The notes beneath the pieces are model-generated. The model searched no databases and was not told the DNA's origin. It saw only the letters and a list, made by a program, of their open reading frames with translations. 64,000 nt of DNA, taken from positions 15,748,001 to 15,812,000 of the forward strand of contig CM022677.1 in assembly GCA_012295275.1 (NCBI GenBank), written 5' to 3'. The stretch is from Chrysomallon squamiferum. Lineage: Eukaryota; Animalia; Mollusca. This document shows positions 27,790 through 41,683 of this stretch, piece by piece (the first letter of the stretch is position 1; every line of letters begins with the position of its first letter). A program made the translations under genes and the position numbers.

Positions 27790-28095
27790 AATCTAGAACA
27801 AATAGACTCACTGACTAGTAGTACACACTCACAGAGTAGTACATACTATCACCTCTAATATTCTAGTCATCAAAAAAACAGACTCACTGTTAGTACATAC
27901 CACAGGCTTTAATGCACTGACTGGAACAAACAGTCTCACAGCCTTTAATATACCAGACACTGCGCACTGACAGGAACAAATGGACTCAATGACAGGATAG
28001 TACATTAAAAATGGTTGGAACAAACAGACTCACTGACAGGGTAGTACATACCACAGCTTTTAATATAGTAGACACAGTGCACTGGCTGGAACCAA
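27790..28095. repeat. Short degenerate tandem array of ggaacaaacagactcactgac...gtagtacatac
   Basis: Five to six recurrences read directly. Confidence 0.8.
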
Positions 28096-28899
28096 AAATA
28101 TTTATACATAACTAACTTCCGATTTTTATTTTCAGTCTAAATAAATATATGTTTTTACATAAAACTGGCGGTACACAATCTATGACACACTTAAAGTTAC
28201 TTTGAATTAGTTATTTGTTAAATAAACCTTGAAATGGAACACCCTGCTATTGGCTTTACATTTTTGTTTATCAATATTTATAACTGTTTTCAGGATATGA
28301 AAATAAATTTTTATTTTAACTGACATTGTTTTTTAAGTAAAAACAAAACAACAGCAAAAAAAAAAAAAATAATAAAAAATAATAAAAAATTAAAATAAAT
28401 AAATAAAATAAAATAAAAACAACAAAAAATGTGTAAAACCCATGAAAATAAATAAATAAATAAATAAATAAATATTAAACTGCAAATTACAAAAATATGT
28501 ATTTAATTGCAAAGATAGGAATCAAAAGCACATTTTTAAAATAAGAGCTCCAAAATTGTTAAAAGTTAAAAGAAAAACACACACACAGTCATATATAATC
28601 ATAATAATAATAACTAATGATTATAATAAAAAAAAGTAGTAGTATAAATTAATTATAACAGTTAAAAAGAAGAAACATTTTTAGATTTGCAATGTAACAT
28701 ACTGAGAAATGAAAATATAAAAATAAAATGAATGGCTGAGAAAGAAAAATAAAACACTAAATAAAATAATAAGTGTATGTCTGTTTGTATATTTAAGTGT
28801 GCATGTTTATCAGTGTCTGTGTGTGTGTTTGTTGAAGTAAATAGAGACACATTAGAAGTATAAATAATTACCATTGAATTATACACACAACTGCACACA

Positions 28900-29990
28900 T
28901 TAAACTTTCAGAACCAAGACAAATAACAACAAACCCACCTATAAAAAAAAAAAACATGGAAGACATTAAACCCACTAATTCAAATGATTCAGAAATGAAA
29001 ATTAGGATTTACAACAGACAGCAGGCAAAAAGACCAAAATAGAAAAAAGTTGACTAGAAGCAAAAGGTGATAAATAAAAAAACAACAAACACTTACTCAG
29101 ACAAAACCCTGAATGGAAAATAAAAAAAAAGTGGACATTCTGGTATCCTTACAAACATATATACCACAGCATACAAATACAGAAGAAAACCAATCTCCAA
29201 ACAGAAAAAAAACTGAGATATCTTGACTAGGCAAAAATCTCCTCAATCAGCAAAACAGCAGAAATCATAACAAAAAGTGACAACTGAATGAAAATTTATT
29301 TACAGATGAACACAAAACTTAAAGGCTTTTGGTCCCAGTGTAAACATCTGGGATCAACATTTTCTTACTGGGAATTATCGTCACTAATCCTGAAACTCTG
29401 ACTCAACAAACAGTAAAACAGTCTGCACATTAACAACAACAACAACACAAAGCCAAATGAGTGAAAAAAATAAGACAACAATTAAAACATACCTTTCACA
29501 ACAGTCCAGTTTTTAAACAACAGTCAGCCATATTGAAATGGAGAATAGAGTTGGTGAATGTTATATAGTAAATAAATAAAATAAACACCATTCATCATCA
29601 AAACACAAAATAATTTTAGTAACAAACTACATAACAACCTTACCAAACTCAGAATCAGCTAGTCCACCAATCCAAATACAATCAAATTCAAACACAAAAT
29701 AAACACAACACCAAACTGTAGATGTGGAATTTCTGAAATCATGAAACATTACTGAGTTCTCTGTCCAAAGTCTGTCCATATGCTCCATTACTTTTTCAAT
29801 GAATTAAAAATTGAATTTACACTTAAAAACATCTGGGATAGCAACAGTGAAAAACTTTAATTCAAACAAATAAATAGATACAAATGGTTGATTAAATAAA
29901 TTCAAAAACATAACATAAAATAACAAATTAAAAAAAATAAATAGCATACACAATAACAAACAAAATAAAAAGCAAATACACCAACAAAAA
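28900..29990 (+). mobile_element. Deleted I/Nimb-like LINE relic
   Basis: TKLRIS at ~29642, then from 29711 PNCRCGISEIMKHY*VLCPK..FNELKIEFTLKNI (CCHC knuckle at ORF2 end), then an A-rich tail; A-rich ORF1-like remnant upstream. Confidence 0.55.
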
Positions 29991-30032
29991 ATAATTATAT
30001 AAATTATTAAATTAACAGATCAACTGACTCAC

Positions 30033-31442
30033 CAGCTGATAGATTGGCTGACACAGAGTTACAGAACATATTTTAAAAATTCCACATTTTCTTGACACAA
30101 GGAAGTAAACTGGTTCTGGCTGGAGTGGGCGTTTGGAATGTGAACTTACTGTTCAAAGTTACAAAACAAATGGGAGACTGCAGCAGGAAATGAACTGGGA
30201 AGATGCTGACCAAAACAGACTATACCAGCTGCAGAAATTACAATTTTACACTTGTGTACCAAATTGTTATAACTTTTCTTTCTTCTTCCACAATGTGTAG
30301 ATGCTCAAATTGCTCTCCAAACACTCTCATTTTCTCTTCTGCTGGAAGACTGGACGTTTGCTCTATCTTCTCACTGTTAGCAGAGATCTGTTTTGGGACA
30401 ATAAAAAGGACATTTATGTTCCACAGATTGATAAATGATGACCTAAAAAGGATTAAAAATCAGTGTCAGTGACATTAAACTGACATGTCAAACTGAATAA
30501 AAATGAAAACAAAATTTAAATTAACAAACAAAAACATACTGCAATATAAAATCAATTAATCTAAGAATTCATAGAATATCCTTAAAATTATATTTACTCT
30601 TTTAAATATGTTTCAGACCAGATTCCAGTAAATATCACTTAATCTGTTACAAAAATAACACATTATTCAAATTAATTATTACCCTATGCAATAGCAGTCT
30701 GTTGATACTCCCTCCAAAGTGAAGATTCAGTCTCACATGCAGACAGTATTTTCAAATCACTCACTTTGAATACTGTGACAGACTCAGACAAAATTAGTCA
30801 TAATCTTGAGGAAAATGCTGCAGAAATTGAACTATCCTTTCTCTGTCTTCACATGTAAAAGTGTGTGATTTAATTTTCTTCTGCCAGATTTCTTTCTCTC
30901 TCACAGTTACCCCACTCAGTCTGCAATGCTGTGAGTTTGTTCTAAATGCTGTAAACAAACAATAAAATATATAAGCAGACACCAGTAACCACACACACAC
31001 ACACAAATGTCCTCTATAAAAATGATGGAGAAATTACAAATTACCTGCTGCTTAAATAAAAAAAAATACTAATGAAAAACCCATACACGTTCTCTTTGCT
31101 TTGTTCATTGGAGACGTGCCATATCCTTTCAGCTGCTGAAAGTTTTAACTGTCTTTCAAGCTGTAGGTTATGCAGGTCATGTCAGTAAGCACAAGGCTCG
31201 AAATTTAAAAGAAATTATCTCTTTTTTTTCTATAAATTATAACATATTAATAATTTTATTTATTTCACGTAAAAGGTTTGTTCGTAGTTCAAAAGTTGAA
31301 AGTATCGGCTTACCTTAATTTGTCAACATCTAAAAAGAAATACGAAAATTCTTTATTAATTAAAATAGCCCCACAAATTTAGTCCTAGTTATACAAATCA
31401 GCTGGTATGACATTTTCAAACAAACCTTGATAAAAATGGAAT

Positions 31443-31492
<50 letters not shown>

Positions 31493-34400
31493 TTATAGTA
31501 TTATACGCTTGGATTTTTCAAAAGAAACAAAAATTAAAAAGCAACATGAAATGACAGTGAGTAAAGTTTAGCGTGTAGCAAAAATATGAAAATCAATGAC
31601 TTTACTCTATAAAATATGCAGGCGTTCAACTTTTCTTTTTATTATTTATTATTTATTTCTTTATTTCTTTTATTTTTTTCTTTTTCTTTTTATTATTATT
31701 ATTTTTTTCTTTTTCCGTGTAAATAATCCTACCGGAATTGAAAACGAAAAACAACAGCAAATACAAGGTTATAGAGTTATCTTCCATGATAACTTGTTCC
31801 GTTAACCAACCGATAATTATTTGCGTAACACTCAAAAAGTTCGCTAAATGTATTCGTTGGCGTCAATTTAGCCAATTAAAGGTGGAATTTAAAAAGAAAA
31901 ACGATAGCAAACAATTAGTTACAAAGCTATAGTCTATGATAACTTGTTCCGTTAACCAACCGATAATCCTTTAACGTAGTGTTTATAATTAGATATTGGC
32001 AAATAATGTAAGCCGATATGTCCAACTTATGGAACTATCGGCAATCGTTTTATGTGAAATAAATATTTGCGATAAAAATATTGTGTTATAACTTATAAAA
32101 AAAAAGGTCACCCAAATAATATTTTTTGGGGCGACTAACTATAATAGTTCTAACATCCCAGTCGCCTAAACGGAACTTTGGTCGCATTTGGTGACCTGGC
32201 GACTGGCCATTTCGAGTCCTGCATAAGAATCTCTCATATTAAGAAATCTGTTGGTACTATAAACTGTCATTTTAATACTGTTTAAATATTTCATTCAGAA
32301 CATGACAGTAATTGTATCTCAGAAAAATGTCCACAGATCTTGGATATAGTCACTACTGAGCCACCACGTGTAACATGTACTGTAACAGATGACATAGATC
32401 ATGACCCCATTGTATCAGCCGTAACCCAGCATTAAATCCTCGTAATCATCTCCCCGATAATGAAAATCAATTTTGTAAACCGTAAGTGAGAATGTTGATC
32501 GAGTGATCACTTCTCACCTTCCATTTACTTGTGGTCCTTTTATTGAGACAGAGCGGGATGTTACAATCTTCTAATATGTGAATACTTTTTTTTATTATTA
32601 GAATTATTTTTTCTTATCTTCACTGACTATACAGCGTATCCCATACACGATAAACAAATATAATTCTTTTCATAATTTCTTTAGTACTTAACTAAACGAA
32701 ATAAATGAAACCGAAAACTAAATCTGAAAATATATCATTATTATTATTTTTATTTTCCTTTTTCAAACTGTTTTGTTGTTGTTAATGTTGTTACGATTAT
32801 CGTTATATTCATTCCTATTATTAATGGACAACAGTTATTTCCCTTAGACTATGAAATTGACTAATTATTATTATTATTATTATTAGTGGTAGTAGTAGTA
32901 GTACTAGTAGTACCAGTAGTAGGAGTATTTATATTTTTGTATTCTTAGTTTATTTCATATATTTAAAATGTTTCTTTACTATTCAGAATAAAAATAAAAA
33001 TGTATATTTGTTACGAAATTCCGTTTTGATATGTGAAAATTTGTGTATGTCATTTATTATGATTAGAGAAAGAGAGATTTGGGTTTCACTACTATTAAGT
33101 TTGTATGTTTTCATAAAAATGTCACTTCACTGTAAAAAAGTTTCAAATACATGTAAATACTGTTTTTATGCCTTTTCATACTGACACGTTATTTAAATTT
33201 CACAGATATGATGATTTCTAATGTGGTAAAATGTTTAATTAAGTTTGTGTGTGTGTGTGCGTGAGTCTGTGTCTTTCCTCTGTCTTTAATTTTTGTTTGT
33301 TTGCATTTTTATTGTTGATATTATTGCTAACATTATTATTGTATTTTTATTACTATTTTTATTATTTTTGTTATTGTTGGTTAACTTTGCTGTTCCTTTT
33401 GCTGTTGGTTAACTTTGCTTTAGGTAATTTTGTATGGAGAGAAGAAAGAGCTAGAGAGAGAGATAGATAGAAAGACAGACAGAGAGAAAGACAAAGAGAC
33501 ACAGAGAGACAGACAGATAGACAGAGAGAGAAAAGAGAGAGTCAGAGAGACAGAGTTAGAGAGGTAGAGAGAATGGAAGAGAGACAGAAAAAGACACCTA
33601 TCTTTCTATCTAACTTTCTGTTTATCTACTGAGCCTGCTGATCTGCCTATATGTTTAGTTATTTATATATCTCTCTGTCTGTCCTCCATCAAGCTCTAAG
33701 TAAATGCCTCCACTCTTAGTGGATTGATCAATCCATCCATCTGCACACACAAACACACACACACACAAAAACACACACACACACATATTTGTCTGTCCAT
33801 ATACATTACATTCCATCAATAACAATCCATGAATCACCTATTCATCTTCCCTAAATAAATATAACTACTTTACATAATCTGTCTGTCTGTGTTATTGTCC
33901 ATTTATAACTCTCATTCACAATTTCCATATTTAGCTATGCTTATCACTGGCACACACAGTGTGAATAATCAAACAACACTGACATTGTTAACAATTTCTC
34001 TGACTGGAAACTGCTTTCGAAAGCTAAATCCATAATTAATCTATATCAGTAGATATCTCAATGTTTAAAGTAACCTCTGTATTCTTCTCCATATTCTTGT
34101 AACTGAAACTGATTCCAGAATATTGTCGTGTCTGTAGATACAATAATAAAATTTAATAGAATAATTATTTAGAAGTATTTTTACATTGTGTTTAATTGTC
34201 TGATAAATAACAATTATTTAAACAAAAATATAGATCTATTAAAAAAAAAAGTATCAAAATTGTAAATTTTACATTCTGGTCAAATTAAAATAACAAATAT
34301 GTCTTTGAAATCTAAATTCATAAAGATAACTGAAATATTTTCATATTGTAAACAAGAAGAATGCATTGATTAGATCAAAATATGTTAAAGTTAAGCAATA

Positions 34401-34591
34401 CAAACATAAGATGAAAATGTAATAATAATAATAATAATACAAATACCACACTAATACTTCTCAAAGCTGAAATCCATAAAATTGTGAACACTCCTCTGTA
34501 TCTTCTTGTACTGTAAAGGTGAGAGATGAGATCTGAAGAACTCTGTCTTTGTCCAAGTCCTTAAAATAATACAAAATCTGACAGTATCCAC
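30033..34591 (-). pseudogene. Decayed multi-exon gene, family copy 3: UPA-like, death-domain-like, RING1-like and UEV-like exons
   Basis: 34591-34458 GGYCQ..QISSLTFTVQEDTEECSQFYGFQL; from 34131 RQYSGISFSYKNMEKNTEVTLNIEIS; 32256-32222 + 31191-31045 LQLERQLKLSAAERIWHVSNEQSKENVYGFF; 30948-30683 KLTALQTEW..RNLAEE/TCEDR..D*FCLSLSQYSK*VI*KYC(P)ACE; 30387-30033 HLPSSFPAA/PICFVT..LPCVKKMW. Confidence 0.6.
31192..32221. mobile_element. Non-autonomous hAT-like element (~1030 bp) inserted in an exon of copy 3
   Basis: Ends CAAGGCTCGAAAT ... ATTTCGAGTCCTG; candidate 8 bp TSD agtaagca/cataagaa (5 of 8 match); internal direct repeat atgataacttgttccgttaaccaaccgataat at ~31786 and ~31936. Confidence 0.75.
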
Positions 34592-34672
34592 CTGTAAATT
34601 GAAAATAATTCATTATCACCAGCATTTTAGTTAAATAACTAATTGACAAGTTCTGTCATTTACTAATCGTTT

Positions 34673-35420
34673 GAGGTAAGTCACTTACGATATCACGTTT
34701 TCGGACAATGATTTTGTTTTAATTATTTATTTATTTATTTATTTATGTTTTGATTTTTTCTGGCTGCCGACATCGAAATAATATCTGGAAAAAAACAATC
34801 TAGTATGAAATGGGTAAGAGATAGTAGGACGTCAAAGTTATAAAAATAAAATAAATAAATAAATAAATTAAAAATTGGTTTCGACCTTTGAAGCAATTAC
34901 TACTCAGTAATAGAGATCTATGTATAAACGGCATTAGTTATATGATGTATTTCCCCAAATTACTTTTAATAATCCATATAGACTTGATTGGATGTTTAAA
35001 AGTTTGTAAACACTGATCGGCGTTCGACGCTGCCATCTTGGATTTTGATCGGAGGTTTCCGTGAGCGCTCGGAAACCGTCTGATCGGGTTTTTGAACTTC
35101 CAATTTCAACTATTTTACGTGTATTTTTTTAACTTTTTATGATTTGTAAATTAGATTTGCGCTGATACAGGTAATATATTACCAAATCATGATCTCCTGC
35201 GCCTTTCCTAAGTACTTTTTCAACTTAATCAAACTTTTCAAACTGGATTATTTTTATGGAAATGCGTGCATAATAAACTGAAATTATAATTTGTTACAAG
35301 ATTACTGTATTAACTTTTCCAGTTGGCAATGTTCCCCAACAGAAACGAAGAATCAGGTTCAGTTTGTACCAATAAACCGGCGAAATTCTGACTTTGCTTT
35401 GTTTCTTTTTAAGTTTTATT
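34673..35420. mobile_element. DNA transposon fragment, possibly Sola-like
   Basis: Abrupt switch to CpG-containing sequence beginning GAGGTAAGTCAC; internal gccatcttggatttt; weak minus-strand LPTGK..IW..KVKKIH remnant; second terminus not found. Confidence 0.35.
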
Positions 35421-35979
35421 ATTAAATAGCTTTCAAATATTGTCCTAAATATGGTGTATTCTATATGCGCAAATATACCAAACATTTCATATACAAATAA
35501 TTTGTAAATAAATTCATTGTTTTTAAAGTGACAAATCGAAAAGAAATAAATTAACTTGAATAAAAACATTAAATAAAATAAGCATTTTACAATAATTAAA
35601 TAAATAATAATAACACATTAAATAAACAAAAACTAAAGGAAACTGGTTATTTAAAAGACAAAGAAAACGCAGGGAATGTTATTAAGCTGGTGCTGTCTGT
35701 TATAAAACATTATACACAATTAATTCTTTTCATCTAAAAGGAACAAATATAATTTACCGTCGCATCGCATATTTGGAGTAATCTATTTCAAAAGTTTGTG
35801 GTCTACGGGAAATAACTCTATTTAACACGTTGGAAAATATACACAAAAAACTGAGTGTCAAGTAAAATATTAAAAAAGAACAAAATAAGAAAAAGAAATC
35901 GCATAGAAATATATATTATTTTCAATAAATAAATCGACGAAAGAATAATTGTGACATCATAAGTCTTCTGAATATAGAT

Positions 35980-36953
35980 CAATTTACTGAATTCACTAAA
36001 ATGATTTTATTTAAACCTATATATTATTTTTTATTTCTGTTTAATATAACTGTTTCATTATAATAAATATATACCTCTTTTTCTCTTGTTAAAGTATTCT
36101 TTCTTAATTATTATTTTATCATTTTAATTAGTATTATTGTTGTTATTTTTATCGTTAATCTGGTTATTTGAGATATTATTACTGAACAAAAAGGAACAAT
36201 TATCAATATATAGATAGATTATACACACAAACACACATAGAAAAGAAAGAATCTGGTTACACGTGTTTGCCTTAGATGATAGTTATATACATAAGTTGAT
36301 ATGTATGTAGTTAAATAATAGATAGATAGATACACTGACGATAGCTACGGATTGATACAGAGATAGAGAGACATTTTACATTTCATAAGCAAATGAACTT
36401 GTAGGAAAATGTTTGTATATGCGTTATAATATAATATCATATTAACCTCGCTTTTAACATCTTTTCTTTTATTGGTCATTTTAATCTCTCTGTCGGTCTG
36501 TCTATCCATCTATTTATCTATATGTCTGTCGGACTGTCTATCTCTCTGTCTGTCTGACTGTATATGTCTCTGTCTGTCTATCTATCCTCCTACCTATCTA
36601 CCTCTCGGACTGTAGAGATAAATACAGGTGTAGCTGTAATTATATCTTTAGTAATTTTGTTATAAACTCTGCAGAAAATATTGATAATAAAACAGCGATG
36701 ATATTTTATCTCACTGGCAGAGGTTCTGTGTATTCCGAAAATACTGAAGGATCTTTATTTATTTATTATTTATTTATTTATATTCTTAACTAAGTTAATT
36801 AATTTGTGTTTTACTTTATTTTTAATAATAAGAATCTGTATTAAAATGGCAAATATTTATGAAAGATACACTTGTAAATGTCAATAATATGTTGAAGTTA
36901 GTTCATTTTAATATAGTATCTCACCACTAAACTGCAACCCCACTATCTTGACA

Positions 36954-37011
<58 letters not shown>

Positions 37012-37275
37012 TAATAATGTGGAAGGCATTCAATTTTTTTCAAAGGCATTTTTAAACGTTGATTCATTATTCAGCTTGTTAGGTACGTTATACCAATTAA
37101 TGAAAAATTAAGCTTATTATTTATTTATTTATTATGCAAAATAAAATTATCTAATATTGTTAAGAAAAAAATAACACTTGTATTTTCCAATAAACTGTGT
37201 TTTCAATACATAACATTATAGCTGTGCCTCTGTTTACAACATAAGACATGTAACATAAATAGTGATGGCAGTACT
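35980..37275 (+). repeat. Diverged direct duplication, partner at ~40780-42690; also 39590-39720 matches 42836-42950
   Basis: Shared ctgcagaaaa.attgataataaa.cagcgat.atattttatctcactgg.agaggttctgtgtat, aaacgttgattcattattca and ctgtttacaacataa.acatgtaacataaatagtgatggc. Confidence 0.88.
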
Positions 37276-40200
37276 GAAGTTGAGTGTTAATATAAGTAAG
37301 TAAACATTTTCTTTCTTCTTGTAGATGTAGATTTCTTTCTTCCTACGGATGGGTCACCTCCATGGGTGTCCATGGGCAAAACCGTCTTCCCGTGTGTAGT
37401 GGTCCAACAAGCACGGCATGACAGTTGACATGATGCGAAAAGCAGCTCAAACCACAAACTGATAAAAAAAACAACAACACCCGATGAATATAAAGCTGAT
37501 AATAATTATTAAAATAATCGGACATCTCGGTTCTTGGTTTTGTTTCTGTTTGAATAGCAAGACATATCTTTGCGGTAGACATACCTAAAATAACATGAAA
37601 CATTCGAAAATAAACAAATAAAAATTATTGATGACAATAGTTAAAAAATAAATTATAATAAGATTTAAATCACTGAAGATTTCGTGCTTACAAATTAGAA
37701 TTTATACTAAGCGTACACTCGGTGTTTTATAATGTTTATTTTTATATCGATCGGAGTTGAAAATAAAATTTAATATTCGGCTAACTTCGTTTCTATATTC
37801 GGGTATATGACGTCATCACTGTTTTGTTTACATAGATACAGTTGGCGATATTGAAGATTAGCGCATTCGAGTTATTTCTGACTCTACTTTCCTTCCTTTT
37901 TACCTTGTATATTGAATTGCATCTGCAAGTGATGAAGGTTACATTTGTATAGGTTTGATTTTTTTATATTATTAACATATTTAAGTCAAAACTGGACATA
38001 TTGTTTTATTCACAGTGAGGTTGTGCTAGATTATTTTTAGATTAGTTAATCAACGATAACTGAAAACTGTGTCTATCAATTACTTTCTAACCTCTAATAC
38101 TATGATTCCTGTTTCTTATATTGTTAATACACCCTTGTCAAAATATGTTTATTTTTACACAAAAATAACAACAACAATCAATTACAGATAGTGTTTCGAA
38201 TGTTTTTATTTAAAAAGAATAAAGGAGTGTAAAAAAATATCATTATCTGACAACTATTATTTTATTAATTCTTCACTTCTAAAAATATTTAGTGAATGGT
38301 TTCTATAAAATAGTTGAACAGTTCTGTTATTTTCAGAATCCGTTTCGAAGAGCCCATGGACTTGAAGCGAAAAGCAGCTCACAGCATGAACTGGCAAAAA
38401 CAACTGATGAACACAAAAGTTGACAAAACGTTTCAAACACGAAACATCATAAACATATAAATCATGCCAGTCATTTATATCTTGATCAGTGGTGGTGATT
38501 AAAGAAGTTTTTTCCTCTCAGTTTATGAACACTATATTTACGTAACAGTAACAATAAATCAAAATGTTTTAGAATACATACATACATATATATATATATA
38601 TATTCAACCCATGTGCGATATATATTTTTACATTTGTAAAGATTAATATTTTTCTAAATTAAAAGGTGGTGTTGTTTTCTCTTTCATGCAAAAGGCTGAG
38701 CACAAATTTTGTTTTTAAAATCAACATTATTACATAATTAAGTATAGTTTATAAATTTTAATTTGTACTATTTATTTATTATCTTGAAGTGATCAAACTC
38801 ATTTCAGAAATGATATCAGATTTTATTCATACTGAGAAGACAGAAATCTCGTGTGGTTAGCCGCTCCGTATAATCTTAGCAATCTGTATATAGGGTATTG
38901 CTACTTTTTTCTAATTTCGAAAACAGTGCTATTACTTTGAAAGCCCTTTCTATATACAGATAGACAGACAGGCCAACATAGTATAGACAGAAGTGTATGT
39001 ACTTAAGAATATGTTTATGACATATAAATATTTCACTCTGGCTTTCTTATTCTCCTTGTCATTCTCCAGACTACTCTAATTCAATGTATTATTTCATTTT
39101 ACCAGATATTAATTGATACTTAACCTATAGGTTCTCTGTTTATGCTATTTAACAGAAAATATTATAGACACTTCTTATCTTTTCATATTTACCTTCTAAT
39201 CAGCAGATGAAGACTATGCTTTCCAGATAATTTTTCTGTTTATAAACAATGCCAGAAATCACTAATCTCTCATTAACAATTTATTGGTACTTCCAGTCAT
39301 GCCTCCCTCCTAACTCCACATATCCCTCATCACACAGTTTATATATTAAGCCAAATTCCATTGATATATCACTCAATCCATGGGCCTACAATGAGGACCT
39401 TATTTGTTAACAATGTGATAAAGTCTGAAAAATAATTGCTTATATAGTTGAAAACCTTTCAGTCCATCATTCCCTCTTTTTATCGTTTTATTATTTTTCC
39501 CAATTCTTCTTTGCACCAAAACGTTCATCCATTCCTCCATCTAACACTCCATCCATCCTTACTTACCTGCATGTTTCTATCTGTCTATTTGGAAGCCCAA
39601 TCTACATTTCTGAATGTACATTGTGTTTTCGTAGTAAAGTCACACCTGTAATGTTTACTATAATGCTACAGTACACACATGAAACAACAACGACAACGAC
39701 AACAACAATAGTAATATAAATAAAATAAAATTTTAATCTTTATTCGATTTCTTTACTTCTCAATATCCATAAGACTTCAAACGTTAACATCATCGCTCCA
39801 GTCTGGATGTCTATATATTTGTTTTATTTCATCATCAATTTCTCTGGCTATTTGTCTATCTATCTGTCTCTTTATTGGTCAACCTGTGGTGTAGCTTAAT
39901 CTCGTATCTGCTCGCCTCTTTCTAACATAGTTATTAGAAACAGACTTTAATGAAGAAATCTAATGATTTTTTTTACTGATATAGATGTCTAGCTAACCAT
40001 TTATTCATCACTATTCTCTGTCTGTCTGTCTGTCTATATCTATATTTATTTATATAATTATCTCTCATTCTCTGAAAAACATACACAAATGGCATGCTTC
40101 TGTTTCATAGTGAGGTTAATTCCTGTTCTCTCTGTATAACACACAAACACATATAACCACACCTACATATCAGTCTCTCTCAGTCTAGCTATCTAACTGC

Positions 40201-40579
40201 AATCAACACCCATATAAACATACTCTTATTCATACATTCAGTTATATACCAATCCTCTAACATAAATACAAATACTCATGCTTATGAATCTATGTATCTA
40301 TTTATGTTGTTTGTATAGTTTATTCTGAGTATGTGTTTGTGTGTCCATCCATCTATCTATATCTACCCTCTCTAACACATATATATACACACATACATCT
40401 ATTCACTCATGTATTTATTTATTTGTATTTAATCTATTATCTCTCTATTAATAATCTGACTATCTCAAAAATCGTTGACACCCATTTATATACCCATTCT
40501 CTCCAACACATATACACATATACACATATACACATACACATCAGTTTATCTAGGTTAGCTCTATATATCTATCTATCTA

Positions 40580-40616
<37 letters not shown>

Positions 40617-40815
40617 CTAATATATCAATCTATCTCACCTTCTCAGTTATACACAGTCTATCGTGCAGTCACACAAAACACATACGCACACACACACACG
40701 TACGTATACATCCTTTTTAAGTGTTGAGTAAAATTAAAAAATAATTCAAGTCGCCTGAGTGAGTATTGTTCATTCACTGAATTTACTAAATTAACTAAAA
40801 TGATTTTATTTAAAA

Positions 40816-41590
40816 CTAGTAGTTGGGGTAATTCTGACCTCAGGACAATTCTGGCCTATGAGGTATATTATGACTAGCAGCCGCTATGCATTTTGCGGTT
40901 TAAAAATGAGTGTTATTTTTTAGTCCTATAGACATAAAGTTAGTGATAAATTATAACAGGTAAACATATAATCGGTTTTTAAGTTCAGCAGAAGAACCTT
41001 GATTAATATGTGATAATTAGGCTAGAAATATGCTTTTCTATTTTACTCCACCACTTGGGGCAATAAAATCAAAAGGATGAGGTATGCTGAGGCATTGACA
41101 GAAGAAGAAAGTGTCAAGAGGTATGAAGAAGAGTTGGCAGAGAAGAAGAAGAAGGAGGAAGAAAAGGCAAAGAAAGCAAATGTTTTGGAGGCAAAATTAC
41201 AACAAAAATAATTAGAAGATACCAAAGTCAAAACAGCAGTTCAATTTGAATGCTACAGCAGAACCGGTGGATGCAGCCAAAGAAAACGTTGTTGGTGATG
41301 AGCCTGAACTAGAAGACAGAGATGTAGTAGATACACAAGAAAAATGTGAACTCTGTGGCAGAGTTGATGATGGAATGAATTCTGACGAGTTCATAGGATG
41401 TGACGGGTTCCCAAATTGGTATTGTCTTGATTCTTGCGCAAATATTGAAATCATAGCTGGTGCAGACTTTAAAGATATTGTATTCTTGTGTGGTATTTGT
41501 CAAGGAGTTTAGTTTATTGAAGTTTTGAATTTGGCTTGTATTATGATTAGGACTAATTACTATTAGTAAACAATGATTATATAGCAATAA
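40816..41590 (+). mobile_element. pogo-like deletion derivative retaining the transposase C-terminus with a PHD finger
   Basis: 5' end gtagttggggtaattctgacctcaggacaattctggcc; RYAEALTEEESVKRYEEELAEKKKKEEEK coiled coil; then CELCG..FIGCDG..WY..C..FLCGIC (41246-41512). Confidence 0.75.
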
Positions 41591-41631
41591 TCAGTTTTTC
41601 TATCTGTGTGTCAGTATGTCTGTCTATGGAT

Positions 41632-41683
<52 letters not shown>

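Noticed and set aside
29644-29850. Further minus-strand exon of copy 3 ending in a GTAAG donor
   Set aside because: The plus strand gives a recognisable LINE ORF2 CCHC end; the minus reading is probably its antisense shadow.
32298-32481. Plus-strand exon-like segment (AG..GTAAGT) in an intron of copy 3
   Set aside because: It contains a stop in the best frame, has no recognisable motif and has no partner exons.
37343-38460. GC-richer patches with a shared gcgaaaagcagctca motif, a CRE at 37808 and a short ORF MDLKRKAAHS
   Set aside because: No recognisable protein or RNA family and no consistent exon chain; too weak to call.
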